In this document: positions 37,936-46,980 of the stretch, one piece after another
Layout: every line of letters begins with the position of its first letter
Position numbering within the stretch: position 1 is the first letter of the stretch
Assembly: GCA_900316345.1 (NCBI GenBank)
Contig: ONCR01000011.1
Span: 7,257 to 71,256, forward strand
Direction: 5' to 3'
Source of the DNA: an uncultured Eubacteriales bacterium
GTDB taxonomy: Bacteria; Bacillota; Clostridia; Oscillospirales; Acutalibacteraceae
DNA: 64,000 nucleotides
The notes under the pieces: generated by a model
Told to the model about the DNA's origin: nothing
Database searches by the model: none
What the model saw: the letters and a program-made list of their open reading frames with translations, nothing else
Translations under genes and position numbers: made by a program

Positions 37936-39747
37936 TCAGTTATCAATATCCGTATCAATTTCAAAGAACCATGCTCCGGGGTAGGACTTAGTGATTGAAA
38001 CTTTTTCTTCAAGCTCTTCAAACGCGCTTGTTGACTCCTCTGTAGAAAGAGCCTGCGCAGCCTTAAACTTCCATGCGGGAAGGTCGCCTTCGGATACGAA
38101 GTAAATGATGTGGTAGCCGAATTCGGTTTCAACAATTTCTACGTCGCCGGTCTTTCTTGAGCTGTCAAAGCACCAATCGTTAAACGAAGTAACCATCTGG
38201 TTCGGAACAACGTTTTCATAAATTCCGCCCGTTGAAGCGTTGCCGTCGGTTGAATATTTTTTAGCAAGCGCCGCAAAAGCGTCCTCGGTTTTTTCGCCCT
38301 TATTATATTCGGCAAGAACCTCGTCAGCCTTTTTCTTAGCTGCCTTCTTCTGCTTCTTGGTAGCTTCGGAAAGATTTACGTTGGTGGTTTTGCCTTCTTC
38401 GTCGGTATTCTGAGGCTGAATAAGAATATGGCGAACGTTTACCGTTTTAACCTCAGAAAGGTTAACAGGCTTAATAACGTATACAACTGAGGTTGAGAAG
38501 TTCTTTTTATCGCCGGCTTTTCTCTTCTTTGAATAGAGCCAGTCAAGGCCGGGATATGAAGCTTCTGTTTCAGCGTTATCGTCATCGGATTCAGTTGTTT
38601 CCTCTTTTGCAATAGCGGCGTTTAACGGGTTAATGAATACGGAACGGTTGATGTCCTTATAGGTTGTTTCAGCCTCGTCCTTATACATTTCCTTATCTTC
38701 GTCTTTTGCGTATTTAACGGCAAGCTCTGCAAAGTTTGAGCCGTCGTCATTAAGCTCCTTAACGAACGCCTTGGCCTTGTCCTCGCTGTCCGCTTCAAAA
38801 TACTTAACGTCAACGCTTACAAGCTCGTCTCTGTGTTCTTCAAGATACTTATTATAATCCTTGTCGGTGTATTCCTTCTTTGCAAGCTCATCCTTATAGT
38901 CTGTCTGATAATTATCGGCAATATAAGAAATTTCAGCTTCGTTTCTGAAAGTTGCTTCGGTAACGCCGTTACCCATAACCGCTGTAAGATAAGCGTCAAG
39001 AGTAAATCCGTTTTTATCTGCGCTTTCCTGATAAGAATCAAGTGTTTCTTTAAGCTCTTTTTCCTGATCCTCGGTAATTTCGGGAACCTTGCCGTCATTA
39101 GCCTTAACGGCGGCATAGTAATAGGAGTAAACGTCCTTTATGTTATGAAGAACAGCATCCTCAGCCTTCTGAGACCATGTTATAGTGTTGCCGTCCTCAT
39201 CCTCGGTATTCTGCTTTGCGAACGCTTTGTCAAAATCAACGTTTTCGTTGTTTTCAACGCCGTACTGAGAATAATACTGCTGAGACTGCTTAAGGTTGTT
39301 GTAATAAACTGCAAAATAGTAGTTATATGTACTTACCTTGATTGCATGAGTTTCGCCGTCAGCGTCGGTTAAAACCATACCGGTTAAAGCATTCTGGGGA
39401 ACGCCGAGAGAGCTGAGCACGCCGTGCTTTGCAAGGCCGGTTGCAACATATCCGAAAACGAGAGCGCAAACGCAAACGATAGCTACGCAGGCGGTAATGC
39501 CCTTCTTTGCCTTTTTGCCGAGCGGAACCTTTACCTTTTTATCGGTAATAACAATACCGTCAAGCTGTTCAATAAGCTCATCGCGCTGTTTACGAAGCTT
39601 TTTCTTTTCCTTTTCATCCTTCTCTTCAAGGATTTTTCCCTTAAGCTCTTTAATTTCCTTATGAAGCTCGTCCTTTTTTGCCTGAGCCTTTTCGATTTTT
39701 GCATCGAGCTTAGAGGTCTGCTTTTCTGTTTCTTTTTCTTTAGCCAT
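37936..39747 (-). CDS. Membrane-anchored parvulin-type peptidyl-prolyl isomerase (PrsA/SurA-like), paralogue 1
   Basis: ORF 37936..39756, with Met-4 at 39747 better spaced from the AAAGGA RBS. It has a Lys/Glu-rich N-terminus, one TM helix, a chaperone-like region and a PpiC domain (VRHILIQP...TEFGYHIIYF). Confidence 0.82.
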   Translation of the reverse strand: MAKEKETEKQTSKLDAKIEKAQAKKDELHKEIKELKGKILEEKDEKEKKKLRKQRDELIEQLDGIVITDKKVKVPLGKKAKKGITACVAIVCVCALVFGYVATGLAKHGVLSSLGVPQNALTGMVLTDADGETHAIKVSTYNYYFAVYYNNLKQSQQYYSQYGVENNENVDFDKAFAKQNTEDEDGNTITWSQKAEDAVLHNIKDVYSYYYAAVKANDGKVPEITEDQEKELKETLDSYQESADKNGFTLDAYLTAVMGNGVTEATFRNEAEISYIADNYQTDYKDELAKKEYTDKDYNKYLEEHRDELVSVDVKYFEADSEDKAKAFVKELNDDGSNFAELAVKYAKDEDKEMYKDEAETTYKDINRSVFINPLNAAIAKEETTESDDDNAETEASYPGLDWLYSKKRKAGDKKNFSTSVVYVIKPVNLSEVKTVNVRHILIQPQNTDEEGKTTNVNLSEATKKQKKAAKKKADEVLAEYNKGEKTEDAFAALAKKYSTDGNASTGGIYENVVPNQMVTSFNDWCFDSSRKTGDVEIVETEFGYHIIYFVSEGDLPAWKFKAAQALSTEESTSAFEELEEKVSITKSYPGAWFFEIDTDIDN

Positions 39748-39819
39748 AATTATCATTCCTTTTCAGGTTATTTAAAAATTCTGTAATATTCTACAACAAA
39801 TCTGTCATTAATACAAGAG

Positions 39820-41679
39820 TTAATTTGTTGTACCCTCCTGCGCGCTTTCGGAAGGCTGTTCTGAAACGATTGAATCATCGGTAATCGTTCCCGGAGTTGC
39901 CTGGTTTTCAGCTGCAGACGGCTTTGCGACAGTAGTTTTTGCCATAATTCGCGGATACTCGGTAACCTTTGCAGCGTTAACAAAATCGTCTTCCATTTCA
40001 ATCTGTACGGCCATTTTACATTCCGAGAAGTATGCGGGGCCGTCGCTGATGAAGAACATAATGTGGTATCCGAACTGGGATTTAACAATCTCAACGTCGC
40101 CGTAATTTCTGCTTTTATCTGTTGCCCAGCCTTCAAATTCCTTTACCATCTGGCCGAGCGGAGTATTTGTATAAAGACCGCCGAAGGAGGAGCTTTGGCT
40201 TGAAATTGAACCGGTATCTTCGGAATACTTTTCGGCAAGAAGAGCGAAGTTGTATTCGGTTCTTTCACCGCTGTTGTATTCGCCGAGAATCTTGTTTGCC
40301 TTTTCCTCGGCTGCCTTCCACTGTTCCTTGGTAGGCTTAACGGTTTCGGTATTATCGTCATCGTCTGCCTTATCGGTTTCGGGCGTGATAAGAATATGCC
40401 TTACGCTGTAAACTTCGTCGTCATTAACGCTTACTTTACTTGTTTTAAGAACGATGAATACCGCGCTGTAATTATCATCGGCAACCGTTCTGCAAGCGCC
40501 CTTCTTGTTGTTTTCGTCAAAAAGGAAATCAATCATCGCCTGCGGAAGCTGATAGGGATTGCTCTTTGTTACTGTCATATTTGCGCGTCTTGCGAGCTCT
40601 GCCGCAACTGATTCCTCATCGCCTCGACCGTTTTTTACATAGGCGTCAATAAGCTCCTTATCAACAATCGGGATAAGCTTTTTAAGCTCTTCCTCGGTTT
40701 TTATATTCTCTGCATATTTCTTTGCCTGCTTAATAACGTCGGTCTTTGTTTTTTCGTCATCCTGCATTATGATGTAGCACATATCAACCTGGAGGTAATC
40801 CTCTTTATGCTGCTCGTAATAATCGTTGACCTGTTCGTCATCGGGAAGCATTTCTATGCTCGCCTTGCGAAGGTAGGTCTGAGCCATATATGACATTCTT
40901 TCCATTTTTTCAACAGTATCAATACCGCAGTATTCGCCGAAATTCATACTGATATACTTATCAACGGAAAGCTCGTTATCCTTTGCGTTATTCTTGATGG
41001 TGTCAAGGTCTTCCTTAATTAATTTTTCCTGTTCCGCGGTAACCTTGATTCCGTCCTTTTGCGCCGCTTCGTAATAAGCAACAAGCCTTTGAAGCTGGTC
41101 GATGGTGTCAAGCTTAAAGCGCTCTTCCCAAGTTATCTCGTTTCCGTCGGCATCGGTTGTTTTTTGGCTTGAATAAGATTTGGTTGAATCAAGCTCAATT
41201 GAACCGTAGCTTGCCTGCTGAAGATAGTAGTTAACCGTTGAATTATAATAGTAGTTGTACATACCGATTGTTATATCGGTATCGCTGATTTTAGCGCATA
41301 CGTTACCGGGATTCGGGATTTCGGCAGTATTGGGCGTATTGTAATAACGAACGCCGAAAAACGCAAGAACGCCGGCAAAGATAAGAAGGAATACAGCCAT
41401 ACAGAAGAACTTAACGGCGTTCTTACTGTCCTCGCGCGGCTCGGACGGAGCTGCAGTCTGTGCCGCATTGGTTTTTGATGCCGAGGGGCGTTCCCTTGTT
41501 TCGTATTCACTCTTTTTCGGTATTAAAATTTCAAACTCATCGTTTTCAACAACTGTATCGTCAAGAGTGTGTGCCACACCGTCAAACTTCCATTCGGAAT
41601 CGTTGCTTTCGGTATCGTTAAGAGCTATGTTCTTATCGTTATCGTCAGGCACAAGGTTTTCATTAATCTTGTCGCTCAT
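39820..41679 (-). CDS. Membrane-anchored parvulin-type peptidyl-prolyl isomerase (PrsA/SurA-like), paralogue 2
   Basis: 619 aa with the same architecture as the neighbour (one TM helix, YYYNSTVNYY chaperone-like region, PpiC domain VRHILITPE...SQFGYHIMFF). Confidence 0.82.
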   Translation of the reverse strand: MSDKINENLVPDDNDKNIALNDTESNDSEWKFDGVAHTLDDTVVENDEFEILIPKKSEYETRERPSASKTNAAQTAAPSEPREDSKNAVKFFCMAVFLLIFAGVLAFFGVRYYNTPNTAEIPNPGNVCAKISDTDITIGMYNYYYNSTVNYYLQQASYGSIELDSTKSYSSQKTTDADGNEITWEERFKLDTIDQLQRLVAYYEAAQKDGIKVTAEQEKLIKEDLDTIKNNAKDNELSVDKYISMNFGEYCGIDTVEKMERMSYMAQTYLRKASIEMLPDDEQVNDYYEQHKEDYLQVDMCYIIMQDDEKTKTDVIKQAKKYAENIKTEEELKKLIPIVDKELIDAYVKNGRGDEESVAAELARRANMTVTKSNPYQLPQAMIDFLFDENNKKGACRTVADDNYSAVFIVLKTSKVSVNDDEVYSVRHILITPETDKADDDDNTETVKPTKEQWKAAEEKANKILGEYNSGERTEYNFALLAEKYSEDTGSISSQSSSFGGLYTNTPLGQMVKEFEGWATDKSRNYGDVEIVKSQFGYHIMFFISDGPAYFSECKMAVQIEMEDDFVNAAKVTEYPRIMAKTTVAKPSAAENQATPGTITDDSIVSEQPSESAQEGTTN

Positions 41680-41834
41680 AATTTGCGCACTCCTTAATAA
41701 AAATATTATATAACAGTTTAATATTATACTATAAAAGTTTTAAGATTTCAACATAAAATTATCCACTTGCAAAAATACTTCTTTTATAGTATAGTAATGT
41801 TGGTAATTATCTACAATTTACGGAAGGAATTAAA

Positions 41835-43232
41835 ATGGAAAGCAGTGTTAAAAATCAGCCGGATTTAAAGGCGAGATTTAAAAAGAACCCTGCGTGGTTT
41901 TGCCTTTTATTCACGCTGTTCGGCTTTTTCCTTTTACCTGAATACATAAGCCCGTTTATCCTTTTTGCTTCTTACATTGTTTTTAAAAGGCAATGGACCA
42001 GGGAAGGGCGCCTTGCAAAGGTAGGAAGAATAGGTAAAATAGAAATGGCGTTTATGTGCTTAATGCTGATAAGCGCTCTTTGGTCCCCCACTAAGCTTGA
42101 CACACTCGGAAGCGCGGGGCTGTGGTGGGCGGTAATTCTTATTCAGGTTATGATTTATAATCTTGCCCGAACAAAGGAACGCATCAACAAAGTATTAACC
42201 GCAATAGTCGCCTCAGCTGCAATTAACGGAATAGTCGGGGCAATCCAGTTTGCTACCTACGTTTTAAACTGCAACGGCTATATTCCGTCTTGGCTTGTTG
42301 TTCCGACGCCGTTTTACAGAAATCTTGACGTAGCGGTTTACGGAGCAATGCCGTTTAAAATTTCAACCTATATGTGGTCAACAAGGGCAAGCGGATTTTT
42401 CTCAAACCCGAATCTTCTTGCAAGCTTTATGCTTGTTGCGTTCCCGCTTGCGGTTTATCTTCTTTTAAACGCGCAAACAAAAAAGAGAAAGCGCTTAAGC
42501 GCCCTGTCGATTGTATTTATCAGCTTCGGTATGGCGTCAACCCAGACAAGAGCAGGATGTTACGTTCTTATCGCCGCATGGGTAATCCTTTTCCTCGTAT
42601 TTATGAAAAAGCATTTATTAAAGCTTCTTGCGCTTTTTGTTCCCGTTTGCGGAAGTTCGGTATTTGCACTTCTTGTCAGGTACGGACAGATTAATATTTA
42701 CCCGAACGTTCAGTATATTCCCGTATCTCCCGAGGAGGCTATCATTTCAACCGCAAAGCATTTTGAAATCTGGGGCAGCCTTGTTGATTATTTAACCCAC
42801 CACGTAACGGCGTTTATATTCGGAACAGGCTTCGGCTGCGAACAGACGGGCAATATTCTTTTTAACGAATACGCGCTGAAAAAGCCCCATGCTCACAATT
42901 TTGTTATTGAAATATGGACGGAGCTGGGCATTATAGGAATAATCTTCCTTGCGGTAATAATCATATACGCTATAGGAAAGCTTCTTGAAATAAACTCAAG
43001 TGAATTTCGCGCGCTTTCGCTTGAAATTTCCGTTTTGGTTTCATTCGGTTCGCTTCTGATTTTCGGGCTTTCGGATTACATATTCAATTCCCCGAAGCAG
43101 ATAATACTTTTTATAATGCTTATAGGTATAATTCAGGCAGTTTCGTACACCTATGATAAACGCGAAATTCAGCGGACGTCGGATATAAGCAGGCTTGCAA
43201 AGGATGAAATACACAATATAATAAACCAATAG
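41835..43232 (+). CDS. O-antigen ligase/polymerase family (Wzy_C-like) polytopic membrane protein
   Basis: 465 aa with about 11 TM helices and a central loop ...SQTRAGCYVLIAAW... typical of the O-antigen ligase family. It is one of only three plus-strand genes. Confidence 0.7.
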   Translation: MESSVKNQPDLKARFKKNPAWFCLLFTLFGFFLLPEYISPFILFASYIVFKRQWTREGRLAKVGRIGKIEMAFMCLMLISALWSPTKLDTLGSAGLWWAVILIQVMIYNLARTKERINKVLTAIVASAAINGIVGAIQFATYVLNCNGYIPSWLVVPTPFYRNLDVAVYGAMPFKISTYMWSTRASGFFSNPNLLASFMLVAFPLAVYLLLNAQTKKRKRLSALSIVFISFGMASTQTRAGCYVLIAAWVILFLVFMKKHLLKLLALFVPVCGSSVFALLVRYGQINIYPNVQYIPVSPEEAIISTAKHFEIWGSLVDYLTHHVTAFIFGTGFGCEQTGNILFNEYALKKPHAHNFVIEIWTELGIIGIIFLAVIIIYAIGKLLEINSSEFRALSLEISVLVSFGSLLIFGLSDYIFNSPKQIILFIMLIGIIQAVSYTYDKREIQRTSDISRLAKDEIHNIINQ

Positions 43233-43260
43233 AAAAAGCAGGAATTCTTCCTGCTTTTTT
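43233..43260. terminator. Bidirectional terminator between the O-antigen-ligase-like gene (+) and yabO (-)
   Basis: AAAAAGCAGGAA-ttc-TTCCTGCTTTTTT, with A/T runs on both sides. Confidence 0.8.
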
Positions 43261-43498
43261 ATAACGCTTTATACATTTTAGCCGCGTCCTCCTTGAGGGC
43301 GTGTTCGTTAATTTCAAGAACCTCAAAGCTTTTTGAGCTTTGGCCGAGGTTTACGGTAATTATATCGCCGACCTTTACGTTGTACGAAGCTCTTGCTACG
43401 GTTGAATTAACCTCAACTCTTCCCGCGTCGCACGCCTCGTTTGCAACGGTTCTTCGTTTAATTATGCGGCTGACTTTTAAATACTTATCAAGTCTCAT
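43259..43498 (-). CDS. yabO: RNA-binding S4-domain protein (YabO/Hsp15-like)
   Basis: 79 aa: MRLDKYLKVSRIIKRRTVANEACDAGRVEVN...VKVGDIITV, the classic S4 domain. Confidence 0.88.
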   Translation of the reverse strand: MRLDKYLKVSRIIKRRTVANEACDAGRVEVNSTVARASYNVKVGDIITVNLGQSSKSFEVLEINEHALKEDAAKMYKAL

Positions 43499-43510
43499 AT
43501 TTCACATCCT

Positions 43511-43544
43511 TAAAGAAATAAGGGCTGCCCTTCAGGACAGCCCC
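43511..43544 (-). terminator. Terminator after hup
   Basis: Minus strand has a GGGCTG..CAGCCC stem (extended by CC/GG) followed by TTATTTCTTT. Confidence 0.5.
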
Positions 43545-43559
43545 ATTAAAGGCGTTAGC

Positions 43560-43835
43560 TTATTTATTAACAGCGTCCTTAAGAGCCTTGCCTGCCTTGA
43601 AAGCAGGAGCCTTAGCAGCAGCAATAGTAATCTTTTCGCCTGTGCGGGGGTTCTGACCTTTACGAGCTGCGCGAGCTCTTACCTCGAATGTACCGAAGCC
43701 AACAAGAGAAACCTTGTCGCCGTCAGCAAGTGCGTCAGTGATTGAAGCAACAACAGCAGCTACAGCAGCCTCTGCGTCCTTCTTTGAAAGTTCTGCCTTT
43801 GCAGCAACAGCTGCTACGAGATCAGTTTTGTTCAT
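43560..43835 (-). CDS. hup: HU family DNA-binding protein
   Basis: 91 aa: [11 protein letters not shown]...[31 protein letters not shown]. Confidence 0.97.
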   Translation of the reverse strand: MNKTDLVAAVAAKAELSKKDAEAAVAAVVASITDALADGDKVSLVGFGTFEVRARAARKGQNPRTGEKITIAAAKAPAFKAGKALKDAVNK

Positions 43836-43858
43836 AATTTTTCCTCCATTTTTAGCGA

Positions 43859-44665
43859 TTATTCGCTTTTTATTTTCTTGGCCTCATCCCAAAGCCTGTC
43901 CAGTTCGTCAATAGAAGAATTCTTCATATCAATTCCCCTTTCGGCGGCAAGCCTTTCAACCTCCTTAAACCTGCTTAAAAACTTATCTGTTGAAGAAGTT
44001 AAAGCCTCTTCGCTGTCAAGTTTAAGAAAGCGTGAAATGTTAACGCACGAAAAAAGAACGTCGCCGAATTCATCTTCAATTTCAGAGCTATCGCCGTGGG
44101 ACACAGCCATTTTTAACTCATCAATTTCCTCATAAAGCTTATCAAAGGCGCCGTCGGCATTATCCCAATCAAAGCCGACCTTAGCCGCTTTATGTTGAAT
44201 TTTTTGCGCTCTCATAAGCGCGGGCAACTCACGCGGTACGGAAAGCATCGCTTCGCTTTGAGAGCTCTGCTTCTTTGATTTTGCCTTTGCTTCATCCCAG
44301 GATTCAAGTGCTTCCTTTTCGTTTTCAGCCCTAACGTCGCCGAAAACGTGAGGATGGCGGATAACAAGCTTTTTAACAAGCTCGTCAACAACGTCGTTAA
44401 AATCAAAGCTTCCCTTTTCCCTTTCCATTTCACAATGGAGCGCAATCTGAAGCAGTACGTCGCCGAGTTCCTCGCGGAGCATTGCGGCGTTTTCTTTATT
44501 TATTGCTTCGATAACCTCATAGGTTTCCTCAATGAAATTCTTTTTGATGGAAAAGTGAGTCTGCTCTCTGTCCCAAGGGCAGCCGCCGGGGGCTCTTAAA
44601 AGAGTTATGATTGAAACCAAATCGTTAAAATCATATCTGTCCTTAAATTCAAAATCAAGAGCCAT
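43859..44665 (-). CDS. mazG: Nucleoside triphosphate pyrophosphohydrolase MazG
   Basis: 268 aa. [15 protein letters not shown]...EETYEV...ELGDVLLQ is followed by a second MazG repeat EEIDEL...EFGDVLFS. Confidence 0.92.
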   Translation of the reverse strand: MALDFEFKDRYDFNDLVSIITLLRAPGGCPWDREQTHFSIKKNFIEETYEVIEAINKENAAMLREELGDVLLQIALHCEMEREKGSFDFNDVVDELVKKLVIRHPHVFGDVRAENEKEALESWDEAKAKSKKQSSQSEAMLSVPRELPALMRAQKIQHKAAKVGFDWDNADGAFDKLYEEIDELKMAVSHGDSSEIEDEFGDVLFSCVNISRFLKLDSEEALTSSTDKFLSRFKEVERLAAERGIDMKNSSIDELDRLWDEAKKIKSE

Positions 44666-44753
44666 AACCTTTTCGCTTTCAAATATATAATTTCATAAAG
44701 CTGTAAATTTATTCCCGCTTCATTGAAATAATACTATATTTTCCCTTGAAAAG

Positions 44754-46433
44754 TCAAGCATTTATGCCATTTTTTTGATATTTTAACCCACAAAATATTT
44801 GTTTAAAATTTGTCAATTTTACAAAAAAGCACAAGATACAGTATATTGCGCTAAAAAGTGCGCCTTCAATCAATAAGTTGAAAAGTGTATTATTTATCTC
44901 AGCAATATAAAAGCACAGTTTTTTACAAACAAAATAGCTAAAAAATGAAACAAAAATCGGCTTTATTACTGTATTTTTTATGCCTAAACGAACGCCCGAA
45001 AGCTTTGAAGCAAGGCGCGCATTCATCATAAATAAAACCGAATAGCCTATCGCTCCGGATAGGACAGCACCGATAAGCACAAGGGGCGAATGCCTTATCA
45101 GGATAACGTTAAGAGCAACGCGGATAATACCCGAAACAACATATGATTTAACAGATTTTTCGGGCTTGCCGAGAGCCTGAACGCAAAACACTGCAGTTGA
45201 GGCGAGCGAATAAACCGGAACCGTAACACCAAACCAAAAAATCAGCGGGGCGCAGTAACGCTGAATATCGTATGACGACGGGTAAAACAGCTTAAGAAGA
45301 TTGCTGCTTTCAAGAGCTATAAGCGTTCCGCCGAAGCACGACAAAACGGAGGTAAAAACGTAAATATCGTTAACAAGCGTTTTCAGCCTTTCGGCATTTT
45401 TTCTTTCAAACTCTCTGCAAATTGCCGGAACCGCACAAATGCCGAGAGCCATAGTTATACCCGGTACAAGATTTTTAAAATCGAGCGCGGTTGAGAAAAG
45501 CCCGAAGGCATAGGTTACCGTATCTCCGCCCGAGACTTCGCCGCCGTAAAGCAGGGCAAGATAGTTTTTCGGGATTTTTCCGAGGGAATACTGAACGGAA
45601 GCGGTATCCAAAAACTGAAAAACGCTTTGAACCGAACAGCTTATCATAATCGGAAATGAGAACGAAAGAAGCTCCCTTCTCCCCTGCCTTCCGCTTGCAT
45701 AAGGAAGAGATTTATCTTTATTAATCAGATAGTAAACTGCACAGTATATCCAGCTAATGGCAGAGCCGAGCGTAACGCCGAGCATAGCCGCAGCCGAAGT
45801 AAAGGGATAAATAAACGAAAGCGCCTGAGCTTCGCTTTTGAGCGAAACGCCGAACACTTCCCCGTTTTGAGCATATAACGAGAGCATATAGCCCATTGAA
45901 AGCTTTGCAAAAAGAAGGCCGAAAATCATTTTAAAAAGCGCTTCAACAGTTTGTGAAACCGAGGTTGGCTGCATATTCATAAAGCCCTCAAAATAACCTC
46001 TGTAGCGCGCTGCAAGGCAGGAAAAAAGAAGGCTCGGCGCAAGGACGAATATTGAATATACGCTTTTCGGCGACGAGGCAACAAGAATCGAATAAGGCTT
46101 TGCGGCAACAATAATTAACGCCGTACCGATTAAGCCGGCTGAAAGGAAAACCGCGTCGCTTCCTTTTTTCAACGAAACAAGCATTTTTTTATTTTCCTTC
46201 GCGTTATACTTGCTTACAAGCCGTGAAAGCGCAATGGGAAACGCGCCCATTAAAAGGGCGTGGACGGGAAGATAGACGTTATACGCAGCGGCGAAATATC
46301 CCCTGCCGACAGCTCCGATAAAAGCCGTCAACGGTATTTTATAAACCGCGCCGATAAATTTAACTATAACCGAGGTCAAAAGCAGCATAAAGGCTGAGGC
46401 GAAATATCTGTTTTCACTTTTCAAAACAATCAC
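44754..46433 (-). CDS. MOP-superfamily polysaccharide/lipid II flippase-like protein (SpoVB/YabM-like)
   Basis: 559 aa with about 14 TM helices. N-terminus LLLTSVIVKFIGAVYKIPLTAFIGAVGRGYF is typical of SpoVB/MurJ-like proteins. The position upstream of mazG matches Bacillus yabM. The start is GTG and uncertain. Confidence 0.78.
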   Translation of the reverse strand: MIVLKSENRYFASAFMLLLTSVIVKFIGAVYKIPLTAFIGAVGRGYFAAAYNVYLPVHALLMGAFPIALSRLVSKYNAKENKKMLVSLKKGSDAVFLSAGLIGTALIIVAAKPYSILVASSPKSVYSIFVLAPSLLFSCLAARYRGYFEGFMNMQPTSVSQTVEALFKMIFGLLFAKLSMGYMLSLYAQNGEVFGVSLKSEAQALSFIYPFTSAAAMLGVTLGSAISWIYCAVYYLINKDKSLPYASGRQGRRELLSFSFPIMISCSVQSVFQFLDTASVQYSLGKIPKNYLALLYGGEVSGGDTVTYAFGLFSTALDFKNLVPGITMALGICAVPAICREFERKNAERLKTLVNDIYVFTSVLSCFGGTLIALESSNLLKLFYPSSYDIQRYCAPLIFWFGVTVPVYSLASTAVFCVQALGKPEKSVKSYVVSGIIRVALNVILIRHSPLVLIGAVLSGAIGYSVLFMMNARLASKLSGVRLGIKNTVIKPIFVSFFSYFVCKKLCFYIAEINNTLFNLLIEGALFSAIYCILCFFVKLTNFKQIFCGLKYQKNGINA

Positions 46434-46434
46434 C

Positions 46435-46466
46435 CAAAAGAAAAAAGCAATGCAAAGGCACTGCTT
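46435..46466 (-). terminator. Terminator after the 141-aa coiled-coil gene
   Basis: Minus strand reads AAGCAGTGC-cttt-GCATTGCTT (one G-U pair) followed by TTTTCTTTT. Confidence 0.6.
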
Positions 46467-46486
46467 TAAATCTTTGTTATTTCAAA

Positions 46487-46912
46487 TTATTCCGTCGGCT
46501 CAACAACCTCAGTTTCAACCTCGGCTTCAGGCTCCTTTTCCTCTTTTGCCGAAGCCTCGCTGAACAATCTTCTCAGCTCTTCAATTTCCTTATCAATCAT
46601 TTCGGCTCTGGTTTTCTGAAGGTCAATCTGGGCAAAAGCGGATTTATACTCGTCCTCGTTAACCTCTTCTCCCTGACGCTTTGCATATTCAAGCCTGCCG
46701 AATTTTTCATAGGCCTTTGAAAGCTTTGTTTTGCTGTCAAGCAATTCTATTTTTTTACGCGATATTTCAAGCCTTTCGGCGCTTTTTCTTGTTGCTTTTT
46801 CGGCATAGCTTTTTGTTTTTGCCAAAACCTCTTCAAAGCTTCCGTTTTTAGCGCTTGAAATTACATCGTCAACGCCCGAAATAACATCGTTAAAATTCTT
46901 CATATTAAACAC
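46487..46912 (-). CDS. Hypothetical 141-aa coiled-coil, acidic C-tail protein
   Basis: ORF with its own putative promoter (TTGCAA-17-TATAAT at about 46940..46968 on the minus strand) and terminator. No family is recognised. Confidence 0.55.
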   Translation of the reverse strand: MFNMKNFNDVISGVDDVISSAKNGSFEEVLAKTKSYAEKATRKSAERLEISRKKIELLDSKTKLSKAYEKFGRLEYAKRQGEEVNEDEYKSAFAQIDLQKTRAEMIDKEIEELRRLFSEASAKEEKEPEAEVETEVVEPTE

Positions 46913-46980
46913 CTCTCGGACATCATTATAATATAGATTATTTAATTTTGCAATAGTTTAAAGCAATGACTTTATACATT

